The notes under the pieces were generated by a model. The model was not told the DNA's origin, ran no database searches, and worked only from the letters and a program-made list of their open reading frames with translations. The position numbers were made by a program, and so were the translations under genes. Source: Chlorokybus atmophyticus (Eukaryota > Plantae > Mesostigma and Chlorokybus algae). From it: a stretch of 64,000 nt of DNA. The stretch's first letter is position 1. Each line of letters starts with the position of its first letter. Positions 47,039 through 59,229 of this stretch are shown here, one piece after another. The stretch is from assembly GCA_009103225.1 (NCBI GenBank), contig RHPI01000008.1, positions 1 through 64,000 on the forward strand, written 5' to 3'.

Positions 47039-49883
47039 TATGCGAGGCGGAATAGCGAGCGACGTGGTGGGTTCGGCGAGGGATACAGGAGTAGGCTTGA
47101 GCTTGGACTCCCTGGAGGCGGCTTGTCCACTGTGTGTTTGCTAGTCGACGCACGCATAAGTGGGTGCGCCAAGGTTAGCGTTGATTGAGGGTATTGGCCT
47201 GGGCTGCCTTCTTTGTGCTCAGCTACAAGGCTCTTCTGTTGTGCTTGGCTGTGAACCTGGGTTGGATGGATGGAGGCTAGCTGTCCGTTGACAGATTAGG
47301 TTCTATGGTGTGGTGGCCAGCTGCAGTTGTCTTTGCATGCGTAACAGCTTTGCTTCAAGTTTGCATGTGGTTCTTGTCATCGACCACGTCTTGTGCACTT
47401 TGACGAAATCAATAGTCAAGCTGCAGATTGTAAATGGAGTTTAATGTTGAGAGTGACAGGCGCCTTGTGCTACAGTGTCCTTTTAAGTTGTTGACACGGT
47501 TCGCCTGAGTTGTCAGCTGTCACCTGTGAGCAATCGTTTACGTTCTGGTCGGAAGTGCGTGAGCCACCACCAAATGCTGTTTTTTGACACCGTAGGAAGG
47601 AAGCTGCTTATGGTGCAGCCCGGCCAGCTGCACAGCAATCAGCCGACAGCTTCTGGAAGTTTTGTGATTAAACGCAACCGATTTCATCAGCTAGTGGAAG
47701 CCCGAAAGCGAGCCAGGCCCTCGTCGATGCAAGCGGATAAACAAGTTGCAGCTGCATCCACCTCTGAGGTTAGAGATAGGTGCATGCTTGCTCCTCGTAG
47801 CCACATAACCCGGTCAATGTGTGGACAGACTTGTCTCACCTTGTCACTTGTGCGCCCTCTCCTTGTTGGGTGTTGGTTTGTGATGGGTTGGATGTTAAGT
47901 GTTTCATTTGTTGGCTTTCCTCCTTTTGCCCTTGCCCAGTGGATTCTTTGCTTTGCAGGCAGAAGCACCAGCCGTCCACATCAATGAGCTGCCGGCAGAG
48001 TTGCTGGTCAATGTGTTCTGCTTCCTCCAGTCGGAGGACATTGCAGCCTGCGCTTCCATGTGCCGGAGGTGGCGCCATGTTGCCACAGACCCGCTGATAT
48101 GGCGCACGCTCTGCCGCCGCGAGTATGGCTGCTCTGCGCGCTGGCCATCAGTGCCGTGGTTGGAGCATTACAAGCAGGTGTGCCGTGGGGTTGCATGTCA
48201 CCTGTTTGCTAGGTTGTGCTGTTGCGCACCTCTGGTGTTCAGGAGGTTGTTACGCCTTACGTGTTGGTTGGCTCCATGGCAGGTGCGCTTGTGTTTCTCA
48301 AAAGTGCCCATTCACAAGACGGAGAACTCTTGCTTCATGGTGTCGACCATTATACGGCGGATGCGCCTGATGCAAGCAGGTTCGAATTCCTTTTAGCACA
48401 TGCATTTGTTTCAATTGTCTTCGTTCTATTGGCAGCTGCAGATATGTGCATGCTTCTAAGTGTGTCCTCTATTGCATGCAGATTGTTTGAATGCATTATC
48501 TGTTCTTGAGCATGCGGAAGATGTGAGTGGCACAATAGTGAGCAGGAAAGTTGGCATTGCTGAGGACTCTGCACTGCATATTGCTTCCGACAGGTATGGA
48601 AAGGCATCTCAAATAACGTACATGCAACTTGGAACAGAGCACTCTGCTGCAGGAGTGTTTCGAATGCTAATGTATTAACAACAGGGGATTTGGCGGGGCT
48701 GTGGACTGGCTGTTGGACCACAGGGCGTACATACACGCCGCCAATGCCGATGGCAACTACCCCATTCATTACGCCGCGAGGCGCGGTCACACGTCCACCG
48801 TTTTGAAGCTGCTTGATGCTGGAGCGGAAGTCGACTGCACCAACCACATGGGCTCCACGCCTTTGTTCGGCGCGGTCGTTGTGGGAGACCTGCAGCTGAT
48901 GGCGCTTCTTGTTGATCGCGGTGCTGACATTGACTGGTGAGTTAGGTCACATGTTATACGTTAACAGTTGTTGTGGCAAAGCATCCTGGCATGCTGTGAG
49001 CTCCTTGTTGTGGTGTGTGTTGTTGTTCTGGTCCATGTGACACCTTTAACCTGTGGTTACAGTGCGAACCATCTTGGCGAGACTCCTCTGTTCATCGCCA
49101 CATGGATCGGGCCGTTGAGGTCGTTGACTTGGCTCCTTCAGCAAGGCGCCAACCCGAACATTGCGGACCAAAGTGGCATCGCCCCATTGCACAAGGCTTC
49201 GCTGCTAGGGGACCTCTCCAGTGTACAGCTGCTGGTTGATTTTGGCGCAGATCTTGACCAGGTAGCGTGCAAGTTGTGTGATTGTCATGCCAGCCCACGG
49301 CATACGTGCACATAGTTATATGTGTATGTGGGTGTGGATGACATATGTACATGTGCATATGTGGCTGTATGTGACACAAGTATGTGGTCATGTGTTTATG
49401 TGCATGTATGTGTGGGTCTGTTTGTGTGTACTTTACCTATGTTGTGTGTGGGCTGCAGGTCAGTGTTAGTGGCAGAAGTGCGCTCCACTTTGCCTCGGCC
49501 TCTGGCAACTGCGAGGTGGTGTCCCTGCTGCTCGCGCGCGGCGCCAATGTAAATATGCAGGACCGCGCCGGCGACACACCTCTACACGTCTCAGCTGCAA
49601 AGGGCCGCTTTGAGGTCGCCCAGCTGCTTGTTGCGGCCGGCGCCAATGGCAGCATCCGCAACAATGAAAGGTGTGCATTGGTGGAAGCGTGCTTGTCTCA
49701 ATTGTTGAGTGTGCATGAGGCTGTTTTGCTGTTTGCTGTCTTTGCAACAGGTCTCATTTTTGGTCTTCCAGGTTGACTCCGGCTGCAGTGGCGTGGTTGC
49801 GGCCTGACATGGCGATGGCTGTTTGGCTTCACAGCAAGTACACGAGCAGCATGATAGCCGCATGGCCACCCCCGTCTTTGTAA
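46936..49883 (+). CDS. F-box protein with multiple ankyrin repeats, multi-exon
   Basis: Exon 1 MAEVARRYGLQAAAAAAAVART (46936-47001) joins in phase to F-box HINELPAELLVNVFCFL...CASMCRRWRHVATDPLIW (from 47959). Ankyrin repeats GNYPIHYAARRGH, GSTPLFGA, GETPLFIA, GIAPLHKASLLG, GRSALHFASASG, GDTPLHVSAAKG. Last exon 49772-49883 ends in TAA. The middle exon at ~48480-48700 is unresolved. Confidence 0.88.
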
Positions 49884-50926
49884 ATAGCCCCGCATGCACA
49901 TTGCGTACGGTTCTTCCCGTTTGTTTGGTTTTTGTTGATCTCCAGCAGCACTGCTTCAACACAAGTCCAGCAGCAGCAGTGCTGCTGGACTTGTGTTGAA
50001 GTTGTTGGTATGTTGGCGTCCGCTACGCATCAGCTTCGGTAGTTGCCGTTGTCTAGTAGTTGTAGGCTAGCTGTTACAACAGCAGGGCGAGTGGGCTGTG
50101 TATGTGTACATACCGTCTGGTAGGTAGCTTCAAATGGGATACAAGTGTTGTGATGGTGGTTTGGCAGCCTTGTGGCCAGTCCAACTTGCCAATGATCATG
50201 TGCTTGGAGGCTTGACCTATGGATGGTATGGTTAATGAGTGGGTGCATCTTCATCCGTTATCTGTGTACATAGTGGTTGGAAGGATCTGGTCATCTTAAA
50301 TCTGGGCTCTGTACTGTCTAGCTGAGTCACAGCACTAGCACACATACGAGCTGCAAGCAAGCAACTCATAAGGAAGGTCTCAATGCATAGCACACAGCCG
50401 AATGCGCAAAGTGTAGTGGGGCTAAGGCAGAGTTGCTCACAGCTAGTCTAACCAGGACACGATGTAAGACCCTCAAGCAAGTAGGCAGGTGTGGAGCGCG
50501 GGGCATAGGGCAGACAGCAAGCAGACAGGTGTATTTGCATCATCAACATGAGAGTCCACCAGCAGTTGCGCTTCTTATGTCGAGGCTGAAGTTTGTTAAA
50601 CTTGAAGTAGTTGATCTGAGTTCAATAGTGGATGTATACAACCAATCAACACAGCAGACGTCCTTGCTTAATACAGCGAGAGCCCATCTTGCTCCGCACA
50701 ATTGCTTGCAACAAATTTTCTACTCATTACCTGGACAGTGGCAATTCCAGCTTACCAAGGCGGCGGCGGCTTCGCCTCTCCGCTCACGCGCTTGCAACAG
50801 CAAATGCCACACAACACATGCAATCACTACAATCATGCGAGACTGTGGTATGACCATCAACAGTAACAAACATTGCATGGGGCTGATGTTCATTTCTGAG
50901 TGGAGTTGTGTGCAATGTGGCCGCAC

Positions 50927-52530
50927 CTGAGTCCAAAAGTCAAGGTCTTCGTCAGCGTATGCTTGATGGTGCCATCCTCCACAAGCTGCAGCACCTTGTC
51001 CAATATGCTGCCTTGCCTTATATGGCCCGGGCAGCCGACCATAGCGCAGAGGAACATAGCCTTGAAGGTCAACACCTTTACAACAAGTCAGTACCAACTA
51101 CCAAATCGCCCTCGTGTCAAAGTAACGTCATGATGCAGCAGCGCAGTCACACCCGTCTTGGTAAACACATGCTGCTAATAATCCACAGGGTTCGTGCGAC
51201 CGAGTTTGCTGCTAAGGCAAGTGTTGAGTTACACATGCATCGCACGCACGCATGCACATGCGAGCACGTACACACACACACAACAAACAAAAGAAAGAGA
51301 GAGACAGCACTGTGCGTTACTTGAGATGGATGCCTCCGAGGGGGTTGAGGGTGGTGAGCACGTACTCGAGGTTGTTTGAGTGGGCGTTGTTGAGGATGTG
51401 ATTGGTGCCAGCTGATGCCAACGTGCTCCAGCTGGGGCTTAAGGGGGTCCCTGGTGGTTGATGATGACGCTGCGCGTGTGTGTTCAGGTCAACACCTGGC
51501 ACGTGTGTGTTTGTGCCTGCGTGTGTGCGTACATGCACGTGTGTGTGCATGAACACGCATGCCGTAACCCATTTGCAGGCACTTGCGCGTGTGCGTTAAT
51601 CTATCTAAAGCTCAAGCTGCTGATGTTCGTGATCATGTTGGTGTTGACACACACACACACACGCAGGCAAGACTCACTACTGCACCTTTTCAACAAGCTG
51701 GATGGCAGTGGAGCCGCCAGCTGGCACCCCCACTAGTGAGGTCCACAGGTTGAGGGGGCACCTTTCCATCATAACCGTCGGAAAAGGCTTGTCATCACAA
51801 GGGACTGCGCATGTCCATCCATGCATAAGTGATACAGTAACGTCAACACACACCTCAAAATGTGTATCATTGGTGGACTTGAACCCTCACACGCACGCAA
51901 CACACACCGTACCAGCATGCAGCTGTTCATAGAAGCATTGATATTTGAACAGTTGTGGCTGCCATGGGAACGGCCAACCAGGCGCTCGTCAATCGCAATA
52001 TGTTCTATGTTTCTGCACAACGTGTATGTGTTGATGCATGAGAGTGTGCCACACTGTGATGTTGCTTTGCAACACAAGCGTGCGTACGGACACATGCGTA
52101 TGTGTACTTTGCACAAGCGCCCGCCCGCACCGATTCAGTGGGGGGTGCGGGCAAAATAGCAGTCGTACCCCATTTTGAACTTGCGCACGCTGCTGCCAAC
52201 CTGCTCGACTGACTGTGTGCAGCAAGTTTTGTAGCATGTAAGTGTGTGACTGACTGTGTGCAGCTGCTGGATGCATGTGCATCTGCGCGTGCGCGTGTGG
52301 GTGTGGGTGTGGGTGTGGGTGCGGCCATGTGTAGGCAATTAAAACAAAGTGCTGCGCCCGCGAACGAGCAAGCAGGCAATCAACACCCACCCTCACCTTT
52401 GGCACTGCAGGGCATCGCGTTTTAATGTAAAGAGTTGCCCCGTATGCATACTGTGCGTTCTGATTGACATAGTCACAAGAAACGCGAAACCAAGCGGCTA
52501 TCCGTTGAGAGGCCAGCTGTGAAGGACACA
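50927..52530 (-). pseudogene. Intron-containing pseudogene of a zinc-type alcohol-dehydrogenase-like / quinone-oxidoreductase (MDR) protein
   Basis: Exon relics in the family's order: QVGSSVRKFKMGYDCYF; IAIDERLVGR; GG..GGSTAIQL; IINHQG-PLKPQLEHVGIS-GTNHILNN...LNPLGGI (two frameshifts); LTFKAMFLCAM...IRQGSILDKVLQLVEDGTIKHTLTKTL. A stop and frameshifts are present. Confidence 0.68.
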
Positions 52531-53606
52531 AGGAAGGAGGTCTCCGTTACGTGTAGGCCTATGTTACCTTAGGCTCGGAGGCATGTATCCGCCCCAGACT
52601 TGCAGACTGCTTTGAAGAAGTTGTCAAGGTCCTGGACGACGGCGGCGTCAATCAACCGGCAGCGACGTGAAGGTATGGGGACAGCGTGGGATCGTACCCG
52701 CCGCTGCCCCTCTCTCAATGCTGCTGATGATTTTTGCGGGTATACAGCCGTCGTAGCCGTCGTGTCTAGCAGAAGAAAGCCGGCACTGCCCTCTCGACGC
52801 TATACCCAAAAACAGCAGCAGCAGCAGCAGCATCTCACCTCTGCGCGCGTGTGATTGAGTAGTAGTATGCACAAGAGTTGAACAGATGTCTGTTGCAATC
52901 CAGCTGCCTTTGCTCCATCCACTCGGGCGTGCGCAGAAGACGGTTGCATCAACCGCCCATGGTCATGAATGCACGCCAACCGTGAGACAATTGCCAACCA
53001 AGACAACAAGAACGGTCAGATAATTTGGTCAAACCCAAGCATTGCCTGTACTTGTCCATGCATCAGCACGTTATGAACTAGCATAGTGGTGCTCCGTTTC
53101 CTGCAGCGTTCCTGCTTGGCTGTCATGGCCGTCCCATGTTGTACTGGCTGCAGTGCATGAGCTTATGTTGGAACACAAGTCTACGTTCCGTGAAGTCAAG
53201 TAAGATGGAATGCTGGTTAAGACGCAATGACTCAGCGTGCGTGGCCTTCCGCATGTGTTGATGGGTGGGCGAGCATGCGTGCATGTGCGCTTGCTTGTGA
53301 GCGAATGCATGGACATGTACTTGTCCTCTGATGCATGTGCGCGTGCGTGCGCACCTGACCTGCACGCGTTGAAATGCATGCGCACATTTCTTTTCTCATT
53401 TGCGATTGCACGCAATCGAACAGCCTCACACTGCATCTCCCAAGTCTGCTCGATTGATCATGCACAATTCATAACACTTCGTGTGCGCGGTTTTCTTTGA
53501 TGAATGAAGTGATGATGGTGATCACACGTGCGCGCAGCACACGCATTATCATCACGGCTGACATATAGCCAACCATGTGCAGGGTTGAAGCAGGCAGAGT
53601 TGCAAG

Positions 53607-55245
53607 ATGTTGACACAAGCGGGACTGTTTGCTACCAAGAAAAGTGTGCATCGCCTTGCACCCGCGCTGCCATTGCCTATTGCAACGGCACCCAACCCAT
53701 GCTTGCCACCAGTGCAAGCGGCAAAGCAACGCAGGTAGGTGACAACACGCAGTTGATTAACCACGCATGCATGTGTGCGCACGCGCTTTCTATCAAAGGT
53801 GCTGTTGTGATGCGTGTGTAGAAAATCCAACAAGGTAGCCGTGTGGGTTCGGAGACACGCGACTGATCTGCCAGCAAGAATCCTGGTAGAAAAGGAAGCC
53901 GATCTGGATGAGCTTTGTGCAGCGGCTAGCAAGGGAACCTCTCTGCAGAAGCTGGACGTGACTTTATTGGAGGTGAGGTTTCAATGCGCACCGTGAAGCT
54001 TTGAAGCTTTCCTTAGGTACTTGCTAACATCAACCTCGTCCCATATGCCACAACAAGTGGTAAGCTTGTTTCTCTCAAAGCGGTCACACATGTTGCGTGT
54101 CATGCGCATGCTTTGCGTCATGACATGTATTTATGTCATAGGTCGTTGCGGACGGTGCCGTGCTAACTGAAGGCCAAGTTGATGAACTTCTACAAAAAGG
54201 TGACTTAGATATGCGCTGCAATGCAGCATGTGTGCCATATTTGCTGAGTTTGCCTTTGCAGGTTATGGTGCAACAGCAGAAAATCCATTGTTAATCCATT
54301 GCGAAGAACAGTTTGCAAAGGTTGTGTACATCCATACAAAGGACACCGTCACAACTGAAAGTTGGGAGTTGCAGGGAGATGTCGATAGGTTTCTCCATTT
54401 TTCGGGCTATAGTGCCATCACTCTATTGAAAGGTGATGGCATTCCAATTCGGGAGTTTTCGAAGGTGCAACATGGAGCATCGTATGTGCCGCTTGTGGCG
54501 GGGAAGGGCACCCTCGCAGACCTGCAAACTAGAATCAGGGAGCACGAAGACATTATTATTCGCGGAAATGAGCATTCCGCAGTGTATGATGGCTTGCAAG
54601 CTGCATTACATTATGCTGATGCATATGATGTTGAGGAGATTGTGTATGGCGCTACACTTTTACGGGGAGGAGGGGAGTTTGAGGCTGAGTTTGACGGTTT
54701 GGTGCTCGCTAAAGTTCCAGCAAGCTCCGAGCTTCGAGACCGAAGGTTGCGTGCTGGCACATGCTTGTTCACAGCTGAGGAAAAACGCAACCTTGGCAAG
54801 TACGGACAGCTCACGGACTTTCGATCACAAGCTGATGAGTTGGAACAAAGACTTGCCTTCAAGGATGCAACTCGTCTTCAATTCACGACCAGGGTTAGTG
54901 CAAGTGCTGTTGCTATGGATGTTGATTGATAAGTGAGAAAAAGGCAGCATCCTCCTTCACATTATCACATCATCGCATGCTTAACAGGAAGGTGAACGAT
55001 ATCCTGCGGCGGAGGCACTTGCACAGGAGGCGGCAGCCCAAGATGCACATGTTGGTAAGCATATGCATCGCTTGACATGTGCTTATAATCATGCCGCAAT
55101 CATTACGCTGATGATGATGATGATTGTTGCAGTACGTTGTTTCATAGCTGCACATGTCGACGAGAAGATCAAGCAAAGGGAGCTTCACAGAAAGGAGGAC
55201 GAGTTTATCATAGTGAAATCGGGGCAAGCATGGCTAGTGAACTGA
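53607..55245 (+). CDS. Putative 382-aa Crinkler-like protein: basic leader + ubiquitin-like header + PD-(D/E)xK nuclease-like domain
   Basis: Six GT-AG exons (53607-53734, 53822-53972, 54142-54199, 54262-54893, 54988-55054, 55133-55245) total 1149 nt with all phases consistent and no internal stop. Header VAVWVRR..LPARILV...DLDELC...GYGATAENPLLI; nuclease-like EFDGLVLA...LFTAEEK...VRCFIA. Confidence 0.78.
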
Positions 55246-58200
55246 TGCACTCTTTCTTACCAGCACCATCACCATCATCAACATGCTTGTGTTTCAACTC
55301 GACGTTCTTCCTGATAACCATCATGAGTGAGGGGTGCTCATGGATGCTTCACGTTGATGGGTGCAGATGTGGTGACAATAGTAGTTCCTCAGGGTTAATG
55401 CGTGGAGCCGGTGAGGTGCAACATGGGTGGGTATGGCGCATGTGCATGTGTGGGTGTGGTGGTATGACTGCATGGTAGTTAGCAAAACACTCTACACGCA
55501 CCCATATGTACTTTGTACGCAGTCGTTTGGGTGATAAACATGTCATGTACCGGTCAGGATATGGATGACACGTCCCATTGTTTAAAGGGGTGCAATTGAG
55601 TAGAAGAGTGCAATGATTGTATTGCACAGAGACTTGTTTATGAACATGCAAAGGGAGGGACTATCACGAGCAGCAACAAGTTCAGGCGCCATGACAACAA
55701 CTTGCATTGCGCAAGTTGTTATCCATCCACGAACAATCAACTTCGTCAATGTACATATGTTAAGTCCAGAACAGCGCTAGGGGCGCTCACTATCAGTAGT
55801 CAAACTAGACTGGTCACATTGATACACACTTACGCACCCCGCACAGACTCCAATCAGCTACTATACAAGTCGGCAGCCACACATGCACACTGAATGCAAT
55901 CACACCTTCTGCAAACACAACCTTTCCTTCATCTTATCAGAGACGAGGTACAACCTGAAGGGGAAATTCAATCATGCGGGGGTAATAACAGAACGCAGGA
56001 GCCCGTGGGAGCTGCAAAGAGCTACAAGCAAGTGATGGAAAGCTAGGTGGTTAAGAAAGAGCTAAGGGCTATTACCAGGGCTAGAGTTGCTATCTCAAAA
56101 AGAGAGGTGCAGCTGGTGCAGGGCGGCAACGAGCATGAGCAACAAGAGAGCAAAGGGTTGAAGGTCAACCGGGCTAAAGTTGCGATGGAGGACAAGTATT
56201 TCAAGGCAAACCAATTTCAAGCGCTCATGAGAAGTAGGTGGATGGCTTCGTGGATTTGTATGCAAGAAGCGAGGCAAGGATAGCATGAGAGCCAATAGTA
56301 TATGAGGTATAAACGCGAAGGTGTGAAGGCTAAGCTGACCGCGTGGGAATGTTGAAGGTACTCCTACATCCAGGCAAACGGTTAGCTTGCCTTTCGCATA
56401 GGAATAGCCGCCAGAAGCTTATAGACAACTTGAGTCGAGAGGTCCAAGCGCGAGAAGGTTTCAGGCACGGAGTCGAGTCCGGGGTTTAGAATGGTTGTAT
56501 CTCGATGATGACTTGACCATTTGGCGTGTGCCATAGTTTGTTGTAAAGTTCTTAAAGTTAGCTACGTGGTACAACTTAGGGCACAGAATTTGCGTAAGTG
56601 TAGCGGACGTGGTAGCGTCTAGAGTAGACGGGTACGTTTCTTAGCCGGTATAAAAGCCGCGGACATGATGGCGATGGATGGTCTAGGTCTTGGTGTTGCA
56701 GTCTCGTGTCGTTGGTGTTGGTGTCGCGTGCACACATGTGCATGTCAATCTAGGGCTCAACGCATCTCAGCATACATGTTGCTGCCTATGCAAGCCAGAG
56801 CGCACAATAAATGTGATGTGTGTTCATGTGTGCAGGCATTGCAATGGGAATGCGCACGCGTGTGCCAACATGCGAATCTTGCATGCGTACTCGAGACGAG
56901 CTGAATGCATGCCTTGACCGCAACACAGAGTTATAAAAACGAGTTACAGCTAGCAAATGCAATTGTATGTGTCTCAACTGGAAGCCATGGGACAAGTGCA
57001 AGCTTAGAAATCAACGCATCAGAGTGGGTCCGAGGTGGCAGACACGAAAAACTCGACATCCTTGTGAAGTGATGTTGAGTATGCTTGTAAAATCCGTTGA
57101 AGGATTGTGGGGGGTATGGATTACAATAACATCCAAAGGCAGTTTAGACAGGCTGCATGTGAGATGGCATTGTATGTATACCGCGGGCCTGCTACTTGTG
57201 CAAACTTGCTATGTACAAAGTATGCAATGGTGTATGTGACCACGGGGACTTGTGCTCAAGCAATTCACATGCAGCAGGTATGTATTTATTCAACAGCGGG
57301 ATACAAACATACATTCTCAACCTCGCCACCTACACTACTGCCCTTAACCCCATAGCGCAACGTGCATGCTGTTTAATTACCTGCTCACAAGGGCTGGTAT
57401 GCCGAACGCAATGTATGCCATAACTGATGATACTGTCAATGTGCACCTGACGTGCTGTCTTGTAGCAAAACACAGTAGAGCATTTTTGCAAGGAGGCTAA
57501 CAAGCTAAGGCCGGAGAATTACGCACTGACTGTGTGCTCGGTGCGCTGCCTTTGATGCATTGTGTGCCACAAATGGTGGGGTTTCCACAAAGTGTTTATT
57601 TATTTATTAGGATTGTCTATCTGCTATGCATGAACTAGAAGACTTGATTGCAGCGGCAGCATCTGAGTCAGGCCTCTCAAGCCTTTGCTGCAAAAGCCAA
57701 TTTGCGGACAAATAAAAAGAGTTAGCGAGGATTCCCTTAGTTGAACTCGAACCCGAGCAGGCAACAACACGCAAGGAATAAAGCTCAATGGCATACCCAG
57801 AGTAATTTGCTGCGGACAAACATGCTAATGCGTTACATGATGCTTTCCAAACAATTACTTACCACTTTTGCTTTCGGCTGCCGCAGCAGTTGAGCAATCA
57901 AGTTGTGGGATTGGAGTCACGGTTTGCACTAGAGGGCTTTCAACATGCTGCAGCTGCCATATCAAGCTGAGGCTGAGATTGCGAACTGGAAGATGAGGAT
58001 TTATGCGTAGGAAGCTGCAGCAGCACAGCACACGCACCTCACTCCGTCCAGGTATGATCAAACTGCTAATGATCGTGACAAAGGGCACAGAGACTCGGTA
58101 CTTGCCTAGAATACCAAAGTGGCTGGCACAATAGCGTGCGAGAGCTGCTGTGTTAACGAGACTCACCTCTCGACTTAGCTGCAAAGCATGTTGCATAGAG

Positions 58201-58839
58201 CTGACGCCAGCGGATGCATGTGTTAACGAGACTCACCTCTCAACGCGGTTGGTGTGGTGTACTTGAGAATGCTGAGGATTGTTGAAGACTTGACGCCCAT
58301 GAGCGCGAAAATATTGCAATTGTTTGCTGCTCTATGTGGCCAGAGGAGCTTGCTAAAAAGGCAAGCAAGTGCATCAACCAATCTTGCCCGCAGGCTGCAC
58401 TCGTTGTGCGTTTAATCGGCATACCTTTTTGCGTCTGCGCTCTACATGCGCAATAACAAAACGCACTCGAAACACCATGTGCCGCTAGTTGATGCCACGG
58501 ATGGTCTTAACCATTCGTCACTGATGATGATATTGCTCAACACCTGACCCTCTGTGTCAGCAAGCCCACCACGCATCGGTGAGCACGTAATCAGTCTCAT
58601 TGCATGAAGCGCTGTGTACGTGCAATTGATGCAGCATGCATTATGCAGGGCCATTATGCAGGGCCATTCTAGCGGGCCAACATAGTTCTCAACAACCCAG
58701 CTCCCGTGGATATCCACAGTGGGGACTTTGTGACGGCTTTGATTGTCAGCTGGGATTGCAAAAGTGCACACTCGTTAAGGTTAAAAAAAAAACAAAAAAA
58801 AAAAAAAAAAAAAAAAAAAAGAGNNNNNNNNNNNNNNNA

Positions 58840-58872
<33 letters not shown>

Positions 58873-59229
58873 ACAACGCGTGCGGATTAAGACCTGCACT
58901 GCACCACAACACAAGTGATCATTCTACAGCCACAATGGGGCGTGCACCTACCAGCATTCCCTTCACAAGTGCAGGTGGGTGCACTATGCGCTCATACACA
59001 TTGATACCAATGCGCTTTTGTTAATACTTTGCAAAATTGTGTAGCTTGTATGTTGGAGAACACTCACCGAAGGCAACATTGCAGCACCAGCTATTTCCCC
59101 TATTCCACCACCCTTTTTTGGTTATGCACCAAAATATCGTTCAGCCTCTAACTCTGTAATCAAAATGACAAATGCAGAACAAGAAGCATGGGAAGCCTTC
59201 ATAATTCAGTCATACTTGACAAAATTGTC

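Noticed and set aside
56040-56650. Coding or retroelement fragment (short ORFs on both strands, TATAAAA at ~56650)
   Set aside because: No recognisable motif in any frame.
58149-58241. CRISPR-like 23-bp direct repeat (58149-58171, 58219-58241)
   Set aside because: Only two copies, eukaryotic context and no cas genes; a local duplication.
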